Shown: positions 13,437 through 25,362 of the stretch, one piece after another
Layout: each line of letters starts with the position of its first letter
Position numbering within the stretch: the stretch's first letter is position 1
From: the human T2T-CHM13v2.0 reference genome, Homo sapiens
NCBI RefSeq assembly: GCF_009914755.1
Contig: NC_060928.1
Reading direction: 5' to 3' (one strand)
Length of the DNA: 64,000 bases
The notes under the pieces: model-generated
What the model saw: only the letters and a program-made list of their open reading frames with translations
Database searches by the model: none
Told to the model about the DNA's origin: nothing
Made by a program: the position numbers and the translations under genes

Positions 13437-15098
13437 CCTGTACTTCTTTCTGATTTTCCATACAACTACTTTCTTTGGAAGCTGCTTCTCTTCAGCACTG
13501 TGGGTGTGGTACTCCCTTGGTGGCAGGATGGAGTCAGCCAAAAGGAATTAAAGCTCCAAATTTGACAGAGGCCAAGAAAATGTGGCAAAAGTTAGGTTAC
13601 CTAAAAAGCAGGAATAAGAGATACCCAGGGTAAAATGGACAAATCTTAGACAATGGTGTACCAAGTAAATAAGAACACATAAACAGATAAGGTTTTGAAA
13701 CTGGTGATATCAGGGAATGTAGACTGGACTGGTAATGCCAATTGCCTGGGGATGGTTTTATTTGCCCAGGTGCCACTTTTGAAGGGGTAGCGCTGTCCTA
13801 TCCTTGGTTCAAGCCTTGAATTTTGGAATCCGGTTTCCAATAATGATGGCAATTGCAGCCATTGTGTTCAGCAGCTTATGGCTCTTTCTTCAAATAAAAT
13901 TCTATTTCTTATTAACTATAACTTACTTGCTTATTAAAAATTTCTTTTCAAACTTAGGTCATAGAAGTGAAGTACATTTATTGCACCTCCTCTCTGGTGT
14001 TCCAAGATGAGATTTGAAAAGCAATTCACTTTTGTTTGTCTTGGAGGAGACCAAGTGCTCTCTACCTGTTAAACATCACATCTGGCATCATAGGATTAAA
14101 AGTCACACTTTCTGCCACTTGGCTTAGTCTCTGAGGGAAATGGTTGAGGCATTCTTAACTTGTTAACTGGACCATTTGATGAGTGAGAAACCCTTTCTTG
14201 TGGAATGGGAATTTCCTTTTCAAGGATGTACTTATTACAACCTTTTTACCAAATCTGCCTATTGTGTAGTTTGCTGGACTTCCCGTTGCATCCTTGACCT
14301 ATCTCAGATTATGTCTGTCTCTTCTTGGAACAGATAAAGGCCCTTTGTTAGAAAGGACTCCCATGATTTGGTGGCTTTTACACACCAGAGAACTCAGCTG
14401 CTGTCTAACCCCCACTCTCCATTTCCTTGGATGCTTCCAGGCAGCCTCTCATCATCTCTATCAAACTACCAAATATACACACACGTATGTTAAAATATTT
14501 AGCCTGTACACCATGGACCATGGGTACTGGCCTTAATAAACCACTTGTATTGACTGAATAATAGTCTAGCTCACCAGTACTTTATATTATCATCCCAAGC
14601 CATAAATATCTGAGGAAAAAGAGATATTTCTTATATTAGAGGAGCATTCTCCTTTGGTCAGGAATGGCAGGTTTGGAACAGAAATTCCTGGACTGTTCTT
14701 TGAATTATGTGCTCAGCTCTGATGCTACTTTTTACTGAGGGCCACCTCTCACTTAGCTGGAAACTCGTGGAATACCCTCTGCTTTGTAAAGTCTTTTACC
14801 ACTACTTGCTGTTACTGTTAGCAGTTTTATTCTGTTAGGCCGTCTGAGCTGGTATTTCTACCTGTGAAATGACTGTTTCTCTCCATTTGTCTATTGTCTC
14901 TTCTGCTAACCTTTAGTATGTCACTGAACAAAGTTGTATGCAAATGTGTAAGTCTACTGAAAGGCTTTGAAAATTAAAGGACATTGCAATGACTCAGGAA
15001 AGTTTGTGCAATTCTCCTTTAAATATGACATTTACCATAATCCTACCCATTTAAGGGAAAAGCATTTGAAAGCTAAACCGTTCAGATGTTCTTTCTAG

Positions 15099-15310
15099 CA
15101 GATTTTCTCAACAACAGTACTGTTGACACTTTGGGCCAGATAATCGTGTGTTGTGGGGGCCATTCTGTGCCTTGTAGGATGTTTAGCAACATCCCTGGTC
15201 TCCACTCACTAGATGCCAGTAGCACTTCCACAATGACAACCAAAAAATGTCTCCAGACATTGCCAGATGTCTTCTGGGGGTCAAATATCCCCTCTGTTTG
15301 AGGAGCACTG
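15099..15310. mobile_element. MER20 (hAT-Charlie MITE)
   Basis: cagattttctcaac...gacactttgggccagataatc...aaaaatgtctccagacattgccagatgtc...gagcactg; 8-bp TSD-like ctttctag / ccctctag. Confidence 0.9.
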
Positions 15311-15319
15311 CCCTCTAGA

Positions 15320-15455
15320 GCCTTGCTCTTCAAAATGTGATCTGAAAACCAGCAGCATTGACATTAGCAAACTTGTTGGAAATGCAGAATCTGCCTGAAC
15401 CACAGGTGTACCTAATAAGAATCTGCATTTTAACAAGAACCCCTGGTGACTGATA
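15320..15455. mobile_element. MER5 (hAT-Charlie) fragment
   Basis: ccagcagcattgacatt...cttgttggaaatgcagaatct...aatctgcattttaacaag. Confidence 0.75.
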
Positions 15456-15629
15456 TTCAAAACCTTAAATGCTTTGAAGCCTTGCTTCTCTCAGAGCTCC
15501 TTTTCATCTTTCCTGGATAAATTACCACCTTTTGGGAAATTCCTCAAGCTGCTCACAGGTATTTGTGTTGACTCAACACCTACAGCCTCCCTGCTTCCTT
15601 CCAGTAGTACCTGCTGTGCTGGACCCCTG

Positions 15630-15890
15630 TTAACTACAACAGGGATGACACCAGGTTCAGGAAGCCGACGAAGAGATTCAGAGCCAGTGAATGGAACATA
15701 GGGTGTATTTGAGGGAACTTACTTACAGGGTTGTCCAGTGTCAGTGGGCTGGACAGGAGAACCGCTCTCACTTATAAAAAGCATGCAGTTTATATACATA
15801 GCGTCTTCACTTAGCTCCCTCCCCGCCATAACCTCCATGTGGTAGCCCTCATTTCTTAAGTTATTGCTGTCAGGTATGTCTACCACACAG
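15630..15890 (-). mobile_element. ERV LTR fragment (probably ERVL class; family uncertain)
   Basis: caccaggttcaggaagccgacgaagagattcagagccag...gggctggacaggagaaccgc...aaaaagcatgcagtttatata resembles an antisense LTR U3/R; family not firmly recognised. Confidence 0.5.
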
Positions 15891-16609
15891 CACCTTTCCT
15901 CAATCCTGGTTATATACAAGCATATACAATTTCTCTCTTGTTTCAATATATATACTGGTTTTTATGTTGTTCCCTAGTCTCAGCCCTGTGCTTTTATTCT
16001 ATGAAGTTGGGCCTTCCTGGACTGGGTATTCAGGCTATAATAGTGCTCCAGAGGCTCTAGACTAATATTCCAGAAGATGACCCTGGGCTGAGGAGGGAAA
16101 AAGGAATTTGGGTCTTTAAGTCTGTAGAAACAGCTGAGATGGTACTGACACTCTGTGTGTGGCCACTTTGATGTTTCCTTGCTTGAGGCATTTGAAAGGA
16201 AGCCTAGACTGACTTTGTATTTAAGGTTATCAGCCTTCATCAATTAGTATTACACATGATAACCCATGAGATTCAGAATCTATGAACTGACATGAAAACA
16301 TCAAAAGTGTATTAGTCTGATGCCACTGACACTCTTCATTTCCACTAGTCTTAAATGTTAGAATCCAATATAATTGCTTAACAATCAAAATGAATTAATT
16401 TATATACTCGAGTACTATACTACTGTTGCTAATATACCTGCATTATTTTGACACTGAATGTCCAAGTTTCTTTTAAAATTATTGTTTGGTTATCTAGTCT
16501 ATGTTATTAAAATTCAGAACTGGGACAAAACTTCCACCCACTTTTACGTACTTATGCTCTTTGCATCTCAATTCATAGGTGGTTTTTTAGTAATTAAAGG
16601 GAACCAGTT

Positions 16610-16750
16610 GCTGGGCATGCTGGCTCATGCTTGTAATCCCAGCTACTTGGGAAGCTGAGTTGGGATGATTGCTTGAGCCCAGCATTTGAGACTAATCTGG
16701 GCAACATAGTGAGATCCTGTCTTAAAAAATAAACAAAAGAAAAAAAAAAA
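16610..16750 (+). mobile_element. FLAM (Alu monomer)
   Basis: gctgggcatgctggctcatgcttgtaatcccagctacttggg...gggcaacatagtgagatcctgtct followed by an A-rich tail. Confidence 0.9.
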
Positions 16751-17199
16751 CGGTAACTATTGGGAATCACACATGTGTCAGTCCCTGGGAGACAATGTGA
16801 AAATTGTGAGCCCTATAGTTATAGACCTAAGAGGGCTGGGTATCAGGTGAGACAAGTGAGGTACTAGGACACAGGCACACTTTCCTGGGTTTCTGCAAGT
16901 GCTGACTCTAGTCCTAGACCTAAGACCTAGTATTTTCAATCTGTCGGTGGTATGTTTTCCTCTAAATTCATTTCTCTGTCACTGAACTCTTGGTAACAAC
17001 TAATTTCTCCATTATTTAAATTGTTTCCTAGACTCAACTCCATGCTTTTATTCCATGAAATTTGGTCTTCCTGGACTGCTATATCTAATGGAGTTACTCC
17101 AGTAACTTGATGATCAGGAAAGATATAATTCAGGAGACCAGACTTGGAATTTTGTTTCCCAGATGTATTACCCACATGTGCCAATTGCCAATTTGTTAC

Positions 17200-17735
17200 C
17201 TTCTTAGTACAAATTCACCCTACTATGTACTTCACTTTGAAACTGAATCTGGATCCTATAAAAATGTCTCTTGTGCCAGTAATCTCTGGGTTAAACTTTA
17301 TCAGTAGAAGATGGTGGAGGAACTCTGCGTGAGTGCCTTGTTCCATTGCTTTTCTTCTGGCTTCTACAATGCAGTGTCCAGCAAGCATCCTCATGTGGGA
17401 GATCAGGGAATGCACATTCTCCAGCAAGTCTTACTGGCACTCCTGCCAGCATCTTTCTAGTGAGTTCTGCCAGCACCTCAGTGAGTGGCTTTCAGTGAGT
17501 TTCACCAGTACCCCAGTGGGCAGCTCCCTTGACAGTGCAGTGAGGGAGACTCAGAAACTGCCCATCCCCAACATGTTTCCCTGACATTCCAACTGGTTGT
17601 TTCCTGCTTGCCAATCCCAGCCTATGGCTCCTCAGTGTCATCCAGTGGGCCACACCCTCTCCAACAAGCTATAAATCTCAGTCTTGGTGGGGATGGCATA
17701 GAGGCTTCTGAGTTTATTTCTGCCTTGAGTATTCT
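17200..17735. mobile_element. Ancient ERVL LTR (LTR41/LTR33-like)
   Basis: gaatctggatcctataaaaatgtctcttgtgccag...gttaaactttatcagtagaagatggtggagg resembles LTR41/33; boundaries approximate. Confidence 0.45.
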
Positions 17736-17835
17736 CAATATGGTCCAAAAGAGATTCACAATATGGTCCAAAAGAGATATATTAAAATGTGATCTTACTC
17801 TATTTTTGGAAGCTGTCTGAAGGAGATACAGGACC

Positions 17836-18928
17836 ACCAATGGTTTGAATGTGTCCCCTCCAAAATTCAGGTATTCCCAATGTGATAGTATTGAAACAGC
17901 CTTGTTACCTGAGGTATCACCTGGAGTTCTTCGTCACAACTGAAGAAAACAAGGAAAGTGGACTCCAAGGGTGAAGTTAGAGCAGAAGTTTAATAAGCGG
18001 AAGGAAGAGAGAAATCTCTCTGCCACGAGAGGGGTCCCGAAAGAGAATTGCTGTTTTACAGTTGAATGCAAAGACTTTTATAAACAAGCTAGTGGGGCGA
18101 GGTGTTTCCTTTACACAAGGTGCAAAAAACCCATTAGGACTAGGCGTGTCATTTGTATAAGACGTGAATTCCCAGCAGCCCCCACCCTGTCCTTCTAGTG
18201 CGCATGCGGGCTCTTGGCTGAAGTTACTCCATGTTGTTTAATCTCCCTTCCTGCACATGTGTTAGGGGATGGGATTCTCCATTGCGGACGTGCCTGGTCC
18301 AGTGTAGCTCCTCTTATCTGTGCAGCTGCAGACATGTTCCAAGCAAACCTTCCACCTCTGTAAGCTTCCTTACCTTGGTACATCCGAAAAAGGAGAAGAC
18401 TGTGTCCACTGAGGCCCATTGTGTATATGTGAAGCTTGCTGGTTATACAGAAGACCTCCTTTTATGCTGGACCTTGCTTTCTTATCTGTGCTTACAGCTT
18501 GGTCTTTCAGGCTGCCCCTTCTGTCAGAAAAGAAATTCAACTCAGGACTTTGCCCTAGCTATCTGCCTAACTGATGCTTTCCTTTCTTCACTGTTGGTAC
18601 TAAGAGGCGGGGTTTTAAAGAAATGATTAGGCCATGGATTTTCCTCCTTCATGAATGGGATTAGGTACCCTTTTAAGGGGGCTTAATAGAGGGAGTTTGG
18701 CCCCCTTGCCTTCTACAGTATGAGGACACAGTATTCCTTCTCTCCAGATGATACAGCATAAGGCACCATCTTGGAAGCAGAGAGCAAACCTCACCAGCAA
18801 ACCCAACTTGACAGTGCCTTGATCTTGAACTTCCCAGCTTCCAGAACTGTGAGAAAATAAATTTCTTTTCCTTGTAAATTATGGCATCTCAGATATTCTG
18901 TTGTAGCTGCACAAAACAGACGAAGACA
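17836..18928 (+). mobile_element. MaLR LTR (MSTC/MSTD-like) split by a nested ERV1 LTR
   Basis: atggtttgaatgtgtcccctccaaaattcagg...gtgatagtat [insert] taagaggcgggg...ccagaactgtgagaaaataaatttc...cagacgaagaca; TSD ggacc / gggcc. Confidence 0.85.
17892..18590 (-). mobile_element. ERV1-class solo LTR (MER4-group-like; family uncertain)
   Basis: TG...CA termini, retained CpGs, antisense polyA/TATA-like motifs (gtttaataag, ttttataaa); interrupts the MST LTR. Confidence 0.75.
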
Positions 18929-19188
18929 GGGCCCTTATAGGGGCCACTGTCCATTTCATTGTAGATAGTTTAGAAATGGCCTTTCTTAGAGCAGCTTGGA
19001 AGTAATGAAATGCTAATTAAAAGGTGCAATTCAGCAGTAAGTCTTTGTTAGTACAGCTTATCTTCCTGGACCCTTGCCCTCTTACTATTTCCTCTTCTTT
19101 AGTTCTAAGCATACTATAGCTACTACCAATATTTGGACTCTATTTAACTACATTTGAGTCTCAGGCTTTTCCTGAAATGATGTATATC

Positions 19189-19237
<49 letters not shown>

Positions 19238-19263
19238 GTATCTATCTATCATCTATCTATCTA
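19189..19263. repeat. Compound tetranucleotide STR (TCTA)12 TGTA (TCTA)2 TCA (TCTA)3
   Basis: Read directly from the sequence. Confidence 0.97.
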
Positions 19264-22196
19264 AATGTAAATATAGATATACATCAGTATCTCCCTGGAG
19301 GAATAAACAGATTCTCGCTTTTTTCTTTGGTTTTTATTTTTATTTTTTGTTTTGACAACTCTCAATCACTGGAATTGCCTTTGTACATGACTTTCTGTGC
19401 TCACTGTAGGGTCTTTTTGAATAAGTGCTTACTTGTACCCAGTATTAATATTTTCATGACTAATCTTTCTGAGATTGATAGCAACCACATTGCTTATTAG
19501 CCTTAATGGGAAAGTAAAATGTTTCTTCATTTCTCAACTATGATTTTCATATCAGCTGGGTCAAGAGTCCATCTGACATAGGAGGAGTTATTGAATACTA
19601 ATTTATACAGGACACTCATTGGCTTGAAAATATACATTAGCATTACTGTGTCCTTAATTCTGAGTTTAGATATAGCTGAAATATAGGGAACATTAATACA
19701 TTTAGTTTGCATGCATAGAGATAGGTTTTTTAATACTCAGTATTCATATTTATGAAAAATAAGCTACATATCAGCATTTGAGCCAATGGCCTTAACCCAG
19801 ATTTTTAGCAGTAAAATATTACAACACCAATTTCTGATTCATACCCTTCATAAACAGGCCTCATGCCTCCCAATGTGGTTTTGGTAAGCATCTTTTTCAT
19901 TATTTCATTTTCCTGTCAATAAAATTGGCATTGAATTATATTTTGGGGTCCATACATGGGCTGCATGTATATAAACTGCAAAGTATTATTACTAATAATA
20001 GACACACTGAACTTTGAGGGTTGATAACTATCTAAACGGGCATACTAAGTTTAATACAGCTTATCAGGTAAAGTTTGATTTAACAAGGTGGCTTTCACAA
20101 TTGACTATGTTTCTTATTTTAATTTCTCCATGAATATTTTCATTTGCACCTTGAGGACTGTATCTCAGCATCTCGAAGTGCCTTGTGTTATCTATCACTA
20201 TTACACTGTCACCCGAGAAAAAGATAAAAGTTCCATATAGACTTATTTAATACAGATATTCTAATATATTTTAAATAGTATGTCATTTATAGACTGTGAA
20301 GATATAAAATAAGCAGATTTATTTTCCCCTTATCTTTGTGGTCAGCAGCTTCCTTCACTGATTTTTGCATCTTAGGTATACTTTAGCAAGTAACAACAAT
20401 AAAAAACTCCATGTCAAATAAAAACAGCCTGAAAAATGGTGCCTTCTTGCTGATGGCATTAGTGATATTATGGAACACAATTCCTATGTTTTAAAAAACA
20501 ATGGAACTTGTTATGGAATTGAGTTTCCCAGAGAGTGCCACATGACCGCAGGCTATTAATTATACAGTTTTATTGTTATCTTTTGTTCAGAACAATAGTG
20601 CTCTGGAGGTCCTGTGGAACTTTTCTCCCATGCGATCTTGTCGGGTTTTGATTAAGCATCATTATATACAGTTCATTAACAATGTATCTTAAAATGAGTT
20701 TTTGATTGAACATTTTTATTGGTCATTTACTGTAATTGATGGATTCTGCTGCAATTTCACATAGAAAATTTTCCAGGATAGTAACAGTATTTTTCATTAT
20801 GTATCATTATGCTTTCCCCGCCCCCCAAAAGAATACAAGTTTCCTCAAAAAAAAAATTAAACTAAAATATTAGATATTGATCCATTGCAAAGGCAGTTGC
20901 TCTTTCCATAGTTCATTCAGAAAGGACACAAACTAGTAATAATGAATAGGAATGAGAACAATTTGTAAACTTAAATAATTTTATTAATGTTGCCCTTTTT
21001 CCCCTGGTGGCCAAGTCATTCTTTAGGGAAGTAAATCATCTCTTTCAAGTTGGTAAGTGTCCTTTCAACGTAATATTAAATCTGAGATGTTTACCTGGAT
21101 TCTCCAATATTTTATTAGCCACAATATTCACCGATTCTGCTTTTAATCTTTTAAAAAACCCTTTAATAAAAGAGCTAAAAATAATTTGGCAATAAATCAT
21201 CTGGTTACTTTTGAGAATGCCCTTGTATTTAAAGAAACTTTAAAAATGTCTTAGAAATTATTTAATACATTAGTAAAAACTGCCCTGGAAGATTTTGATA
21301 TTGAATTATTGTCACTGGAGGTGTTCAGGCATGGCTACATAGCTGCTTGCTGAGAAGGAGAAAAGGACAAAATAGGTGATCTTCAATATTTCTTCCAGTT
21401 TGAATCTTTTATAAACTACTCATATAATAACAGCATAAGACATAGGCCAAAGGTAGAAAAAGAACTGGTGAAGGATTGTGAATAGTACTGCCCGGCCTCA
21501 GGAGGTTACTTAACTTATCTTGGCTTTAGTTACTCTATCCGTGATAATGAGGAAATTGGATTAGATGGCCTTAAGGATTTTTTCCTACTGGAATATTCCA
21601 TGTTTCCCTACTTTACTAATGGTTGAGGAGTAAATTAAAGTCTTCTAGGAGACTATTTTTCAATTGGGAAAAACTAGACACTTCAGGCAATAGAGTCCAC
21701 TAACAAATACTGGCAAATTTATAAAATTTCAGTGAATTGACAGTTTGGCTCTCTATTGTATCTGTTACACTAACACATATTCCTGCTTCACCTAACTTTT
21801 TGTATAATTTTTCTCCTACTGAAATTGTGAATAATATATACATTCAGGAAAAAAGCTTTCTCTTCATGATTGTCTATTTTCTTATTTGAAATAGCAATTA
21901 CTGCTGCCTCTGGAAGCTTCTATGAAGTGGAACATACTTTGTCATTGTCATCATAGAGAAAGGGTCAAATTAAAGATTTAGTTGCTGAGCATGGGTTATT
22001 TTTTCAGGAAAGGAAGAGCTGGTCATTGCTTACTTATCTAAATATCATCTATTGATGTAATTGTCCTTCCCCTGTATCTGTTTTCCTCTTTTCTCCCCTG
22101 GGTAGAATATAAGGCCTATTTGCTTACAAATATATGTCTAACTTTGTAAATAAGGTAAATGCCAGGTAGATGGAGCGATTAGAAATTAGCCAACCA

Positions 22197-22608
<412 letters not shown>

Positions 22609-24399
22609 TTATCTATTACAGAACTCTACTTTCCCTCTCTCTTAATATCTTATCCCTTTAAACTGCATGGTACCACTAAAGAAAAAAAATGTGCCAGAAA
22701 TTTACTGGCTTATAATTAATTTGATCACTGTTCACTTTATGACATTGACTGGATCATACTTCCTCATTAATCTGTATCTCAGAATTGCTACCTCAAGTGG
22801 TGGCCATATAGGACACTCTCGCTCTCCTCTGTCTTCTTACCTTGATCTTCTTTCTATTTCAGTGGGAAAAAAAACATGAGAAAATACAGTGTGAAGAAAA
22901 TGAATCCATTGTAACATTAGGCTTATAGATCAAGTTTGACTATATTTAATTTCATTCACATGATGTTTTATTTCTCGTATATGAGGTAAATGAGCAAAGT
23001 AGCTTTGTTAACATTTGCTGTTTTAACCATATAGAGAAGATAAGATGCTTTTTATTACCCATTTTATTATGGAATTGGTCTAGTGAAATAACAGGAATTT
23101 CCTACCCCATAGTATATCTGTACGGATTTGGATTGGGAAAAAAAAAAGTCCCAGAGTCAAAATGGCAGCTTGAATATCAACTAAACATTCTGCCAATTGG
23201 TCTTCTTGGCCAGAAGAGGGAAAAACAGACCAATGTGACTCCGTGTCATCTGTATTTAATTATTGGAAAAAATGTCTAGCATATAAACCCTATGGATTAT
23301 CAATATTATAATCTTTATGTAGAGAGAACAGAATATGAAAACAGATTCCAATTATCCAACCTGGGACTAAGATGGGAAAACCAAGGTGTCTTATCTTTAC
23401 GCCAGCAATAAGATATTTTGGGAAAAGCATAGAATTTGGTGGTTAATAAACCTGGCCTCTAGCCTTCAGTTTGTCTTCACTACTTGAATAGCCTAGGCAA
23501 GTGAATTCATCTTTTAGATTTCGTTTCTTAGTGTATAGACAAAGAAATGAGACATCCTGTGAAAATCTCTGGCACAGTGCCTAGCATATAGCAGACACAC
23601 ATGAAGTAGAATCATGGGTTCTGAATCTTTTTTAGTGTCTTCATCCATGACACGAGAAGTTTTAATTGATAGCACAAGCATTTTCAATTTTGAAAAAAGC
23701 AGTAGAGCCCTGTGAACAACAACAGCAACAAATTTTTCATGGAATCCTAATAAATGAACCAGATAAAAGCTAAGTGGTCCTGACTAAAGTGAAAGTAGAA
23801 AGCCCAGAGCTACATCCACTGGTCATTTATGGCATGAAGCCAAAAATATGGTGTTAATTCAGGCCTCCAGTTAGTGCATCACACTAACACACGTGTCACA
23901 AATGTTTTCATCACCTTTAAATTATTCACTATTTCTTGGGCCAATACATATTTCTTGTGGGCTACACATGACAAGGTCTCTATTGTTCCACCTCCCATTT
24001 CCTCAAGGTAATTCCTCTGAAAATTCATAATTAAAAGGGGGGTAATATTGATGTGGTGAACTTTAACGATCCTTTGAAATTGTGTTGGAGAACATACTTT
24101 TGTAATTGGAGGGTGGCACATGCAATTGCAAACCAGCCTGATTCAGGCAGAATGTTAAAATGGTTGCCATCTATCTGTTCTGCTGACTGCATGTACCCGA
24201 CTGTTCACTGGAATGATCACTTGTGGCCCACCCAGTTCAGCTATCTGTATTTAACAATATATGAAGAGTTTCTTTTAACTCAAGACTATATAAAGACAAA
24301 AGAACCATTTGGTTTAGAATAAATCAGAGCATTGTAATAATTGTGTATATTTTACTAAACATATAACTTACTTTTACAATAACTACACTTAGCACCATG

Positions 24400-24640
24400 C
24401 CATAATTGGGAGAGACTGCAGAGTCAGGTTAAACTAATTTTAAACCCCAGTTCTTCTACTTACTAGCTTTGTAATCTTGGGCCATTATTTTATCCTTGTT
24501 AAACCACCATTTTCTCATTAGTGAAATGGGAATGAGAATTCATTTTTCATTTGAGTTGCTGTGAGATTTAAAAGAAAAAAACAGACCCTGGAACCTGGTA
24601 TCAGACCCAGCAAAAAGTGTATGCTCAATAACTATTCATT
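24400..24640 (+). mobile_element. MIR
   Basis: gagtcagg...ccagttcttctacttactagctttgtaatcttgggcc...ttttctcattagtgaaatggg...gttgctgtgagatttaa. Confidence 0.7.
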
Positions 24641-25224
24641 CATTTTGCTTAAAGTATTGTGTGGTTTTGATGTTTACTTATAGTCCTAACTTGACAAAAA
24701 AATTGGTGAAACTGAGTTAACTTTGGCTAAGGAACTGTACCAGTATAGCCTGTTTCCTTATCTTAGTTACCTTTTATTTTTCTACCTCTGCAGGTATTTT
24801 TACCTCTGCAGTGATCATTTACTGATCATCTCCAGAGCCTTGAGCTGACTTGGATTTTATCCTAATTTAGAATCTCAGATTCTCTGTTTTCAGTCATTGT
24901 ATGTTTACACACAATAAAGAAGTAAATGCCCATCAACTGTATGCCTAAAACTATCAGCTACTAATGGCTACTGCATAGATGTATGCAAAGTTAGAACAAG
25001 AGGAATTCAACTCTTTTTCAAAATGTGCTCTGCTAACTGCCTAGTATTGTCATAAGTTAACCTAGGAATGTGCATTCTCTCCCCGCTCTCCTGACCCATC
25101 AGCTATCCCATTAGATATTTTAGGGTAGTAAATGACTCTAATTTACCATATGAAAATATTTGCTTTTCTTGCAGATAACGTTAACTGTAGAATGAAATTC
25201 TCATAAATTGAATATACAAGAAAA

Positions 25225-25362
25225 ACACCTAGGGATCCTTCTTGTTAAAATGTGGATTTGAATTCACTAGGTCTCAGGAGAGGCCTGAAACTCTACATTT
25301 CTAACAAGCTCCCTGGTGACACCCATGCTACTGGTCTGCAGATCACAGCTTGGGTAGCAAGG
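25225..25362. mobile_element. MER5 fragment
   Basis: cttgttaaaatgtggatt...ggcctgaaactctacatttctaacaagctccctggtga...tagcaagg. Confidence 0.75.

Noticed and set aside
17736-17778. 23-bp tandem duplication (similar short ones at ~2148-2180, ~3504-3530, ~24783-24811, ~47583-47630)
   Set aside because: Ordinary slippage duplications with no inverted or distant template.
19177-19500. 107-aa ORF with IYLS repeats
   Set aside because: Product of the TCTA microsatellite.
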